The notes: generated by a model from the letters alone, not told the origin. 63,832 nucleotides of DNA, filler included, from Globobulimina sp. (GCA_003354225.1; 55 parts of 55 records of this genome joined end to end with filler, not necessarily neighbours in it); one strand, 5' to 3'; shown: positions 12,114-23,302, counted from the whole stretch's first letter. Program-made: numbers and translations.

Positions 12114-12692
12114 TTAATTAAACATTTTACATCCTGTTACAAGTACAACTGCATCAAAACTTTGTGTTGTACCATTTTTAAATGTAATATCACGTCCATT
12201 TCCATGAAATTGTTTTATTTCAGAATTAACAACATTAATATTACCTTTTTTAATAGCACTGATTGTCTCGACATCCATTAATGCAGCAATATTATTTTGA
12301 ATTAAACCTTTTTTATGAACAGTTATCCCATGTTTTGATAAATTCCCATAATATAAACGACATTTGATTTTATCTTCAATTTGTTTTATAATCCCCCGAG
12401 GTATCACAACTTGACCGCTCCGCACTAATAATGTAGGTTTTGCACCGTGCTCTAATAAATCGGATGTAATATCAGAAACAGTGTTGCTCCAAAAACCCAC
12501 AATCAACACACGTTTATTGCTCAAAGACAGATCTGTACAATTTGTATATTGCGACGAGTCAACAACCAAACCGGAGAATTTATTCATCTTCAAATCATTT
12601 TTTATTTTTTTCATTTTTTCATCAAATTCTTTATTATTTGTGTTTGATAACTTTGATTTGACCGCTTTTGTTTTCTTTAACGGTTTAATTGG
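12114..12692 (-). pseudogene. Flavin-containing monooxygenase fragment, degenerate and truncated
   Basis: FSGLVVDSSQY, KRVLIVG, TLLVRS, FDAVVLVTG; the GxGxxG motif reads GFWSNT; stop right after the ATG-type motif. Confidence 0.65.
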
Positions 12693-12793
12693 TNNNNNNN
12701 NNNNNNNNNNNNNNNNNNNNNNNNNNNNNNNNNNNNNTTAATTAATTAANNNNNNNNNNNNNNNNNNNNNNNNNNNNNNNNNNNNNNNNNNNN

Positions 12794-12984
12794 GAGGCAT
12801 CATTAGCTGCATCAGTATGGCAATCTCCACAACCGTTTACACCTAAGGTTCCAAGGTGAGCGCCATGGCTACCGCTGGTTAAGCCGCTTGCTTCTGATAC
12901 CTTGTGACAGGTCCCGCAAGCCGCACCATTAAGAGCACCCCAAGTGGCTGCAGTAAAAGAAGGCGTGGCATTTGTTCCATCAGA
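12794..12984 (-). CDS. Multiheme c-type cytochrome fragment (CxxxxCH/CxxCH-domain style), in frame with the 7TM ORF
   Basis: SDGT...TWG...CGTCH...SGSHGAHL...CGDCH; visibly more GC-rich than the upstream part. Confidence 0.7.
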
Positions 12985-13854
12985 AGTTGATATTTGAGGG
13001 GTTGATATCTGCGAAGACCGGGTGGCCATAACAACGTTGTTTTCCGTTGGTTCTAACTGCATATTTCTAACAATATTCTTTTCATCATTTGTCGAAAGTC
13101 CTCGCACAATAACTCCCTCAAAACATTTACAACAAAAATCACTGCATTTATCACACCGCAATGAACGAAAATGCTCCGGGTCCGCTGATAAAAATATTAT
13201 AAATAATGTGATGCCTTGGTTTGGCACAGTCAACAACTGGCCGGTCAATGGGAAAACGATCGATAATAAAAAGCTTACAATGGAGCAAGACACCATTGTC
13301 GTAATCAACATTGTTTGGTGTTTCATTAAATTAATTAATTCGGACTTAAATGCTTGTATTTCGCTATCTGATTTTGCCAATGATAAATATTTTAATAAGC
13401 CATACAATTTTTTTACAAATAAACAGCAAACAGTTACATTGCTCGAAAAAAACGCAATCATTATTACTGCCATTATTAATTTTGTTTCTTTGTGAATCAA
13501 TCCGCTCAAAGTGCAGCTGACCCCATTTCCGTTGGTATCGGCAGTGGCGGTGAATATATTTGTCGGTGGGATATGATTTTGAACCAACATCGCCGAGCCA
13601 ATGGTCATAGGAATACACCACATGCCACCAAAGAAAATAAGATAAAAATAATAGAAACATCGTGATAATCGAAATTGCGAATTAGCAAAGAGTTTACTTA
13701 ATCGATTGATGAAAAATGTTATAATCGCTAAATTATTTGTGGTATAGAAAATAATTCCTAATGCATTTAATACGTCGCATACAGGCTGTTGTGATGGTAT
13801 ACTATCTCCAAATATTGGTAATGCCGCTAAACGCAATAAATTGTTACAATGCAC
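12985..13854 (-). CDS. Orphan GPCR-like multi-pass membrane protein (partial)
   Basis: Several TM helices, Cys at the start of a TM3-like helix and in an extracellular loop, CCLFVKKL, Cys cluster after the last TM. Confidence 0.6.
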
Positions 13855-13956
13855 CANNNNNNNNNNNNNNNNNNNNNNNNNNNNNNNNNNNNNNNNNNNN
13901 TTAATTAATTAANNNNNNNNNNNNNNNNNNNNNNNNNNNNNNNNNNNNNNNNNNNN

Positions 13957-15019
13957 AGCCAGGATATTGCAATTTTTCTCCACAAATCATGCAGTTGTCG
14001 GTGGAATTTAATAGTTGTTTCAATATGTAGCTGATAATAATAATAAAAAAATTGTGTTCGAACATCAATGAAATCGCTTCCAATGCTTCATTCGGAGCTG
14101 TTATTTTATGGATTACTGATTCTGACTGGGTTTTGGTTAAACGCGGACACGGACCCAATGCGAACATCTTCTGCCTACGTTCTTTGGCTTTCTTTTTCTT
14201 TTCCATTTGCCGTTTTAGTGTATTTTCATCAATTTTCGATTCCTTTTCATCGATGTCTTGATCCTCAATGCCTGATATTTTGGATTCATTATCGACATCG
14301 ACTGCATTCTCATTTTTATTCTTATTCTTCTTCTTTTTATCTTTTTTCTTCTTTTTCTCTTTCTTTTTATCTTTCTTTTTATTTACATTTGTATGATCAT
14401 TTGGATTATTTAAAATATAATCGACCACAATGTCAGCATTGCCGTCATCTGTTTTAACAATGGCATTTTGTATCTGTTTCATAGTAAAACCCATTCCCAA
14501 ATCAATAATATCCATTACTTTCTTTTGATCCACTTTTACTTTGCTTCCAGCCTTTTTGCCCGAACCATATTCCAGTTTGAAATCTTCCTCATCATCCAAC
14601 CACATATCCATTCGCTCATAATCTTGGATTATATTACACGATTTCTCTAAATTTTGCCATACCTTATTTTCCATTTTAAAGTCAATATCGTCATATTCAT
14701 CATCATCATATTTACCTTCTTTGTCACCATGCCGTGAACCGCTGAAGTTCCACCATTTTTTATCGTTTTTTTTACCTTTCTTGCCATAATGTAACGGTTT
14801 TCTAATCGCTTCATATTGTGATACATACTGTGCTTTGATGCTGCTATCACCCAATTCTTCGCTGGCTGCGTCATAGCCCAATGCCTGCACTGCTAACTCC
14901 GCCACTTCGTATTCGATTTTATAAACCTCTGCCAACTGCCTTGTGCGTTGCTTCATGGTTACTTTTTCATATTTCTTTTTCTCGTTTGCTTTGCGTTGCT
15001 TCTCTGTGGCGTTGTTATT
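13957..15019 (-). CDS. UBA-domain protein with PARP6/8-like Cys region (partial)
   Basis: DLGMGFTMKQIQNAIVKTDDGNADIVVDYIL (UBA); FFIIIISYILKQLLNSTDNCMICGEKLQYPG. Confidence 0.55.
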
Positions 15020-15286
15020 NNNNNNNNNNNNNNNNNNNNNNNNNNNNNNNNNNNNNNNNNNNNTTAATTAATTAANNNNNNNNNNNNNNNNNNNNNNNNN
15101 NNNNNNNNNNNNNNNNNNNAAAAAACGGACGAATGTGTTTGCCAAAAACATAAACTATACAGGGAACGAGACGCATTATATGACGCTACGTCGAGTTTTA
15201 GTAATCGGCGCCATGGCAATAACTCAGATGCGATCACGCCGCAAAGTGAACTGAATGCGTGTTCCTCGCCGGTAATATCGTATCCT

Positions 15287-15991
15287 ATGGAGGCACATAC
15301 ACTTCCTATCACGAGTCATAGTCACTCATTGCATGTCAATAGCCATTCTTTGCAATTCCTAACCTCGCCCGCCGCCAGCAAATATTCGCAATTATCCACG
15401 CGCGCTGTCACCTATTCGCCTGCGAACCGTCCCCTATATCAGCGTTCGTGCGGCACCTCCGTCAGAGATGAATATTACATCGAATGCGATACAAACGTTC
15501 CAAATCTACCATCGCCGCATTGCTTGTTCAAACTGGATAGTAATTCGGAGGATAACTTCAATATCACTCCGTTCAATAAAAATGATGAGTATGTACAGAG
15601 GAACCCGACCATTGTCATCGATGACAGCGACCCCGAACCGGAGATTCTTGAGCAACATGAATCGCATTTGCTGGAAATGTATGTTGTACATTGTAAACAA
15701 AACTGTTTGTACATTGCAAAAAACGCATAAAAACATATTTGAAGTCCGGCATCATTGACAGCTGAAGAAAGTGGTGCTTGTTATTTGGAGGGAGAAGGTA
15801 TGAAAGTTTTGGAAGGGATGGATGTGGACGACAGTGATAATGACAGTATGCAGTTTCCCACCACACCGCCCATTTATAGGTTGTATATAAATGACAAAGA
15901 ATGGGATGTTCCTGTTAGTAATCCCAAGACGCCTTCACATCGATTGAGACAGCACTTATTACGAAATAGCAAGTTACAGTGTATAATTTGA
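15287..15991 (+). CDS. Hypothetical protein, 3' part with probable intron near 15679-15744
   Basis: Two ORFs separated by an AT-rich GTATGT...GAAG segment. Confidence 0.4.
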
Positions 15992-16531
15992 GCCCTCTTC
16001 AACTTTTTTTTTCTAAAATATTTTTAATTAAAAATAAAAAAAATTCCTTAGTCAATCTTTTTTTTTTGTTGTTTTAATTTTCTCTCTCTCTCTTTTTTTT
16101 GGTCTTGTTTTTTAATTTTTTTCTTCATTTTTTTTTTGTTTTGTTTTAATATTTTTTTTTTTTTCCTTTTGTATTTTTTTTGNNNNNNNNNNNNNNNNNN
16201 NNNNNNNNNNNNNNNNNNNNNNNNNNTTAATTAATTAANNNNNNNNNNNNNNNNNNNNNNNNNNNNNNNNNNNNNNNNNNNNAGGAATAACCACAATACA
16301 ATTTAATATGACGCACAATCAGCACTTTACTTTAAGATCACAAGTATTAAGTTTCAAGTGCAAAACTTTAATATAATTATAGGAATTATACAAATAATTT
16401 ACGGATTTACTCAACGTTGAAATGACTTGAAATCAATATCAAATACAAGAGCATATTTTGTCGCTTACAGTGATTATGCAATATGCATATATCGCAGCTC
16501 ATAATTATATGGATTATTATGAGTGCTAATT

Positions 16532-17345
16532 ATGGGACAGTGTGCAAGTGAAATCCCACCAGATCACAGACAGAATACAGAAAAACGTAAACCCAAACTA
16601 GAATATTCTGTATCAAAAGGCGTGGAATTGGAGGAAAAAGAAATTGTGATTCCAAATCAAATCGATTCACTAAACTCACCATTAAAAGAAATGACACAGG
16701 AAGATACTGACGAATTTAATATTAATGCGATTAAAAACGAACTAAAAGAAAGCATACATGGCTTGCAAAGAAAAATAGGCGTTTTATCACATGCAAACAG
16801 TGAATATTCCTCAGAGGATTCGTATATAGATTCGAATCAAATTGAGTTGGGTGAAATGATTAAAACTTGCAAAGATATTTTAAATTATGCCCAAGTACAG
16901 AAACATGATATGGATGAAATAAGAGAGCAAAAAATTGAGCTCGAAACACAATGCATTCAAATGAAAGCGGAGAGAGATGAATTATTTATGAAATCCGATT
17001 ATTATAAAAACGAAATCGAAACACTGCAAAACAAAATGATTGAGTCGGAGGCAAACAATTTATCCAATAAAGAAAGAATAAAAGATTTTGAGATTAAAAT
17101 GGATTTATACAAAGACATTATAGACACATTACAATCGACAGATATTCACAATGTAAATATATCGGAAATTGAAACAAAATTAAAACGAACATATGAAGGC
17201 ATCCATGTCCCTCGTAATATTAATGAGAAATTAAAAAATGAAAAATTGAAAAAAGCAGCAAATACTTTATACGATTTAATCTCAAAAAATGAAGAAATGA
17301 AAATTGAGTATGAAGATAAATTAAAACAAATCAAAAACGAAATGG
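16532..17345 (+). CDS. Coiled-coil protein with N-terminal MGxCxS acylation motif, 3'-partial
   Basis: MGQCASE start; E/K-rich heptads. Confidence 0.6.
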
Positions 17346-17445
17346 NNNNNNNNNNNNNNNNNNNNNNNNNNNNNNNNNNNNNNNNNNNNTTAATTAATTA
17401 ANNNNNNNNNNNNNNNNNNNNNNNNNNNNNNNNNNNNNNNNNNNN

Positions 17446-17921
17446 GTTGCATTTTTTCTTATAGTTCTCATCGAATCACCACCAGCTTGTAAATCTTGGG
17501 CTAAAAACCAACACTGAGCTCCAGCACCATTACAGGCATGGTGGCTAGTGATTGTGAATAATTTTTCTATGCAGCTGTCTTTATGCCCAAGTTTACTTTG
17601 CAAATCATCTACAATAACCACTTGCGCCTCATCCTCTGCCAGTGGACCAAGTACTAACATGTTCTTCTCATTTGGAGGTTCTTGGAAAAAGAATACTTCA
17701 CACTCTTCTGGTAAAGTTTCATCACGTATATCTCTGTACATTTTCTGCCAAGTTTCATAATAAATAACAACTCGTTTAAGTTTTGGTTTCGATGGGCAAA
17801 CATTTGTCCCCCAATTCTTCAAAGCTTTTGTAACTAGTGTTGTCTTTCCGGAGCAACTAGGCCCTACTACAAGAACTGAACTTGGAAAAGAGAGGTAAAA
17901 ATTTTCAACCTTCTCATACAT
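17446..17921 (-). CDS. A32/FtsK-like DNA packaging ATPase, 3'-partial
   Basis: Walker A VGPSCSGKTT, Walker B VVIVDDL, LFTITSHH, FLAQDL, RTIRKNA. Confidence 0.88.
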
Positions 17922-17966
17922 TATAACAAGTGCAAATGATACAAATTCAAAGTTATCTTTATTATA

Positions 17967-18506
17967 TTACTCAGTTTTTCTATCAAGAATCATTTTTTCA
18001 TAGTCTTTACATTTTTGCCCATCTGCAGTTCCTTTAAATTTCTTACAATCTATGAAAGAATTGTTTCCCAAATTAACTGTGTGGCCATATGTTTCTTGAA
18101 ACCATTCAAATATGTGTTTATCTCTGAGTATCTTTGATTTTTCTGGTTTTAACATCGACAAAATAGTGTCCAAGTCTTTCCCCATGCATAGATGATGGCC
18201 AAAGAAAATTGTATACAACCCGCAGACTGTAGTAAATTTAGATTGCAGCGCAGTGGGTATCATTTTAAAATCGTCTCCTGTCGCTTCAGCACAGAAATTT
18301 TCCAAATTGTAATAGTTTGGATGGTGGGCGAAAGTGTCAATGAAATAACTTTTATTTTGCAGGTCAACATAAAGTGAAACCCAGTGAGCACCGTCTTTGT
18401 AACTAGGATCGGTATTGAGAATTAGAAAATTGGGTTTATTTGGATCGATCATTGCAAGTGCATTTTTTGTAGTGTCAGGATTGAACAAACCACGAAAGTA
18501 AGGTTT
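17967..18506 (-). CDS. Adenain-like cysteine maturation protease, 5'-partial
   Basis: YFRGLF, ILNTDPSYKDGAHWVSLY, FIDTF, LQSKFTTVCGLY (His-Asp-Cys triad plus oxyanion Gln). Confidence 0.88.
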   Translation of the reverse strand, partial: KPYFRGLFNPDTTKNALAMIDPNKPNFLILNTDPSYKDGAHWVSLYVDLQNKSYFIDTFAHHPNYYNLENFCAEATGDDFKMIPTALQSKFTTVCGLYTIFFGHHLCMGKDLDTILSMLKPEKSKILRDKHIFEWFQETYGHTVNLGNNSFIDCKKFKGTADGQKCKDYEKMILDRKTE

Positions 18507-18613
18507 TANNNNNNNNNNNNNNNNNNNNNNNNNNNNNNNNNNNNNNNNNNNNTTAATTAATTAANNNNNNNNNNNNNNNNNNNNNNNNNNNNNNNNNNNN
18601 NNNNNNNNATATA

Positions 18614-19595
18614 CTAGAAAACGCGTCTTGCTTCGCAAGACCAAAGAACTTAATAGAAATGTAGAAAAGAGATAAATATAAATATATTTAATGTTGAAAA
18701 GTTCAACAAAATACGCGCGCGAACCTCAACATAAAGAAATCAAAAAATAATTAATTATTACCCGTCGATTAGTAGATATGTGAGGATCGGTGTAGTTGTT
18801 GCAGTGTTGTATAAGTAGAAGAAGATGTAGAAAAGAGATAAATATAAATATATTTAATGTTGAAAAGTTCAATCAAAAAATAATTAATTATTACCCGTCG
18901 ATTAGTAGAACCCGTCGATTAGTAGATATGTGAGGATTGGTGTAGATGGAGCAGATGGTGTGATGGTGTAGTTGGTGCAGAATAGCAAAAGCCAAATTAT
19001 TTTTTTCAAACAAAGAAATTATTTTTAACAATGTCACATAATCGGCGACAACGAAACTATGCGCAGCCAAAAAGCGCGCATCTATATCTATTGGGCGCTG
19101 TTTTGAACCGCGTACAACGGCGCCGTATGTAGAAATGAGAAAAATAAAATGTATTTAATGTAGAAAAATTACCGCATCTATATCTATTGGGCGCTGTTTT
19201 AAACTCGCGTACAACGGCGCCGCGTTGACGCGAAATTTGGGGCACAGATTAGTAGATGCCAATGGAAGATGTTCATATTTGCCGCAATCCATGATACCGT
19301 AGCCGTTTACCGCAACACCTATATCAAATATAAGAAAATTGGTAAACTGCGGGCAAAAAATTGGTAAACTGCGGTAATCAGCGGTAATACTGCGGTAATC
19401 CGCGGTTATCAACAAATAATCAAATTAATTTAATTTAATTTAAGCATTAATTTAAAAAACTAATGTCGACTGCTGGGATAAGGGAGTATACTGAACTTAA
19501 TAAAAAAACAATTAAATCGCTAACTCTCAAATTGACACTTTGTATAGCTTGTTCCACACACACACAGACAAACCACCGACGCATGTATAAGTAGA
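18614..19595 (-). mobile_element. Non-autonomous Helitron, apparently complete (982 bp)
   Basis: Minus strand starts A|TC and ends CTAG|T; perfect hairpin GTCTTGC-GAA-GCAAGAC at 18625-18641; internal direct repeats; no coding capacity. Confidence 0.75.
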
Positions 19596-19953
19596 TGGTT
19601 ATTCATTGTTTGTATTTGTAATAAAAGTTTGTTAAGAAACTACAGAACAGCAGCAGATACAGTCCTACTCGNNNNNNNNNNNNNNNNNNNNNNNNNNNNN
19701 NNNNNNNNNNNNNNNTTAATTAATTAANNNNNNNNNNNNNNNNNNNNNNNNNNNNNNNNNNNNNNNNNNNNTGAATTTCGTAGTTGTGTATACATTGACA
19801 AAAATACTAATGTAACCCAAAAAGATTTGTAATCTGTTTGTATGTCAACTGCCTGTTGTAAATTGTTGTGAATATAATATGTAGTGGTGGTAATAAAATT
19901 GTACATAAAAGACTTTTGTTCCTTCTCAATCATTATTGGTTTTTCTATCGGTC

Positions 19954-20265
19954 ATGAGTGGTCGTATATCTGAAAATTTACAACTCATACATGTTATCGC
20001 TGAACAGTTGAGTTTGCACGAAATAACTGGCTTGGTGCGAAATTTTGAAAAGTGCCACATTGATTTGTTTTCTGAAATTGCTTTTAATCTTGTTGGCAAT
20101 CCCGATTTTCAACTGTCAGCAGAAGACAAGGAAAAGTTCAAAAACTTTAAACCACAACTGCGTGTCATTATCAGCAAAACCAGTGCAAAGAACAGGCGAC
20201 AGAATTTGACCCCCAGGTTGACTAAAACTCTCAGTCAGCTCATCTTGTCATGTCACAACGCATGA
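19954..20265 (+). CDS. Maverick/Polinton small basic protein
   Basis: LFSEIAFNLVGN...LSAEDKEKFKNFKPQLRVI pattern; overlaps the next ORF upstream of integrase. Confidence 0.6.
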   Translation: MSGRISENLQLIHVIAEQLSLHEITGLVRNFEKCHIDLFSEIAFNLVGNPDFQLSAEDKEKFKNFKPQLRVIISKTSAKNRRQNLTPRLTKTLSQLILSCHNA

Positions 20266-20732
20266 TCTTAGTTGCCCAACCTGAATTTGATCGCCTAGTA
20301 CAGAAGATAGGCGAACCACAAGAAGAAACAATAATTGAGCCAGTGATCCATTCAGTTGAGCCAGATACCAATCCACACCTCTTGGAATTGCTGCCTCCGC
20401 GGTTGAAAACTGGTGCAGTTCAGCTACTGGCTGCATTTCGACATCGTTTTACTTCTGACCAATTCTCCTGGGACACAAAATCTGGTGAAGTGACAATCAG
20501 AGGAGAGAAAGTTCCAAACTCTAATATTACTGACATTATAGCAGTACTTTTGCAGCCCTTTCAAAAAACTGACATTAAGGGTATAGAGCAACTCATTTCC
20601 TTGTTGAAGGAGAGCAATTTCCCCAACCTCCTGATACGCAACAGAAAAATTCGCCAGTCACTTGTACCTGAGACCATACCAGAAGAAGAGGAACCCATAA
20701 AGAAAGTTCCATGGTTGAAATGGCCACACTGA
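20250..20732 (+). CDS. Maverick/Polinton conserved protein upstream of integrase
   Basis: FSWDTKSGEVTIRGEKVPNSNITDII...G...LKESNFPNLLIRN; C-terminal WLKW. Confidence 0.7.
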   Translation: MSQRMILVAQPEFDRLVQKIGEPQEETIIEPVIHSVEPDTNPHLLELLPPRLKTGAVQLLAAFRHRFTSDQFSWDTKSGEVTIRGEKVPNSNITDIIAVLLQPFQKTDIKGIEQLISLLKESNFPNLLIRNRKIRQSLVPETIPEEEEPIKKVPWLKWPH

Positions 20733-20834
20733 ATAGTTTGTTGGATGATTTGTATTATGACGAAAATAAAAAATCCTCTTTTCGTGGAGTTTTGCCATTG
20801 TACAGAGCAGCCAATGCACTCAATTCAGAAGTCA
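20720..20834 (+). CDS. Maverick retroviral-type integrase, N-terminus (not in ORF track)
   Basis: MATLNSLLDDLYYDENKKSSFRGVLPLYRAA resembles the LxxxYYD...SFxGxxxLYRAA start of c-integrases. Confidence 0.72.
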
Positions 20835-21637
20835 NNNNNNNNNNNNNNNNNNNNNNNNNNNNNNNNNNNNNNNNNNNNTTAATTAATTAANNNNNNNNNN
20901 NNNNNNNNNNNNNNNNNNNNNNNNNNNNNNNNNNGAAAATAAAAAAGTGAATAATGATAATGTGAAAGTTTACGATTTGTGGGAATTGCCATTTGTGAAC
21001 AGAAATGATTTTCATGTTTGGAGTGAAGTATTTCAATATGCATGTAAATGTATGAGTATTAGTATAGGATAGGATATTATTAGTAGATGGTAATAGTATA
21101 GGATAGTATTAGTATAGGATAGTATTAGTATACATAATTTACATTTATCATTTTTGTTTGTTTGTCAGATATCTCTCCTTGCACACACAAATTTATTTGT
21201 TTGCAAGAATAAAAAATTAAACATAATTATGATGACGGGCATGCACTAGCTAATCACCATATTCATCCAAATCATTATTTTCTCTTTTTTTCTTTTTCTT
21301 TTCCAATTTTTCCATTCAATCCGTGATGGCTTATCACCAATCTTTTCCTTCTTTTTTCCAATTTTTCCATTTAATTCGTGGTCGGCCAGGGGCACATCCC
21401 CTTCCTTCCTTCAATTTTTTTCAATTTTTTTGCTGTTTGTTGTTGTGGTGATAATGGCGATGCATTATGCCATCATCACAATAATCCAATAATTAATTTT
21501 CTCTTAATTTAGGTACTGAGTAGGCCATAAATAACGCGGTACCAATAAGCACTGCGTATGCCATATAAATAATATGCGGTACCAATAAGTACTGCGTAGG
21601 ATAAATAAGCCATAAATAAATACATTCCATTCCATCT

Positions 21638-21718
21638 TATCACCGTAGGATTCGAACCTACATCCATTTGGTTTGTGAACCATTCAAACCACTGCTCTGC
21701 CAATTGAGCTACCGAATG
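21638..21718 (-). pseudogene. tRNA-derived sequence (pseudo-tRNA or SINE head)
   Basis: A box TAGCTCAATTGGCAGAGC; T arm GTAGG-TTCGAAT-CCTAC; enlarged anticodon loop; acceptor stem does not pair. Confidence 0.6.
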
Positions 21719-22247
21719 CTTCCGAATGCTTTTTAATTGATTTTAAAAAAACTCGATTCATGAAAAAAGCAAATCGGGACGAGTCGATTTTAGATTGTCC
21801 CAAATGTGATTTCTGTTTCGTCGTCGAGACTTTTAGACTAAATTCTCTCGTAGAAATCATATTTAGGATCGCCAAGGAGACATTAAATGTAACGCTCCAG
21901 CGTGGATTAGATAATGATTTATTTCAATATAATAATCATCAAAAACAAGAAAGAATCATTGTAGTTTATGGACATTATTATAACAAAATATTTCAGANNN
22001 NNNNNNNNNNNNNNNNNNNNNNNNNNNNNNNNNNNNNNNNNTTAATTAATTAANNNNNNNNNNNNNNNNNNNNNNNNNNNNNNNNNNNNNNNNNNNNGAA
22101 GAGTGTCGTCGACCTCTAATATAAATTTTTCGCCTCAGAAAATATTGTGGATATTACCTGAAACACTCGAGTGTTGTAGCTCGCTTATTTGACATATCAA
22201 TAAAATTTGACGGAGACAAGCGAGAAAAGAAACTTTATTCAAAATTG

Positions 22248-22287
22248 ACTAATATTTCGGTCCAAATACGCGGACCATCATCAGAGT
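22248..22287 (-). ncRNA. Minimal hammerhead ribozyme (Penelope-type)
   Basis: ACU-CUGAUGA-U-GGUCC(GCGUAUUU)GGACC-GAAA-UAUU-AGU, sense to and ~195 nt downstream of the PLE stop. Confidence 0.8.
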
Positions 22288-22404
22288 TATCTGAAACGAC
22301 AATTGAACAAATATTACAAAAGCAGCAAGAAAAAAGAATCACTTACAATGAAATGGACAATATTATATGTAGTTTAAAATTGATGTTATGATAAAATAGG
22401 CAGA

Positions 22405-22513
22405 AATTGACAAACAGGTGACACACTAAGAACGTTTAGACTGGGCTACTAACTGGTATAAATTGACAAACAGATAACACACTATGAACGTCTAGACTGA
22501 GCTACTAACTGGA
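22405..22513. repeat. ~56-bp tandem duplication spanning the PLE stop codon
   Basis: aaattgacaaacag...gctactaactgg twice, with few mismatches. Confidence 0.8.
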
Positions 22514-23160
22514 CAAGAGAATTATTCGCCCAGCCTGTAGTAATATTGATTGTTTTAGCGGCATCAATGAGTAAACTTTCTTTGGCCAATAACAGGTCAT
22601 ATCTATTGTCTTTAGCAACTATCTCAGCGTCAAATGGATTGATATAATGTCCAAACTCAGATGAGTGAATAGCAATGGCATTATCTTTATTGTTTAATCT
22701 AACCGCGTCTTTGTGGTTCTTTAGTCGACACTTCACAGTTCTTCTTGTCTGACCAATATAACACTTATCACAGACAGTACAGTTTATTTTATAGATGACA
22801 TTTTTCTGATCATAATATTCAGTCTCTGGTGATCGTTTATAAAGCAAATGTCCAAGTGTTTGTTGTTTACGAAATCCAATGGATATGTTCCATCTCTTCA
22901 GGAAACCACTCAATTTACTACTTAAGCCAGGGACAAAAGGAATGACACATTTAGGTTTCTTAGGATCATCGGGTTGTTTTGAAACAGTAATGGGGTTCAT
23001 ACACATGTGGACACTGTTCACAGGATATGAACATTGTTGAAAAGCTTTGAGCAATATTTGATACTCATTGTTCCTTTTCACAGTATTTGAGGACACTTGA
23101 TAGGCACGCCTGGATAATGTATTGACAATTCCATATTTTTGACTAACAGGTTGACAAGAT
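22482..23160 (-). CDS. Penelope-like retroelement ORF, C-terminus with GIY-YIG endonuclease
   Basis: IPFVPGLSSKL, NVIYKINCTVCDKCYIGQTRRTVKCRLKNH, AIAIH...GH, KESLLI; open upstream to the contig end. Confidence 0.92.
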
Positions 23161-23302
23161 NNNNNNNNNNNNNNNNNNNNNNNNNNNNNNNNNNNNNNNN
23201 NNNNTTAATTAATTAANNNNNNNNNNNNNNNNNNNNNNNNNNNNNNNNNNNNNNNNNNNNTATTTAAAAATGTAAATAAAAATAAAGTAAGGAAATAAAA
23301 AA

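Larger units (their letters stand above)
17446..18508 (-). mobile_element. Polinton/Maverick (adintovirus-like) fragment: protease plus packaging ATPase
   Basis: Intronless adjacent adenain protease and A32-like ATPase, 45 bp apart. Confidence 0.85.

Noticed and set aside
13022-13495. Antisense ORFs (also 37354-37884, 51153-51494, 61611-62186 and others)
   Set aside because: Shadows of better-supported genes on the opposite strand
21055-21133. Telomere-like repeat (AGTATAGGAT/AGTATT)
   Set aside because: Short, degenerate and internal; probably an intronic microsatellite
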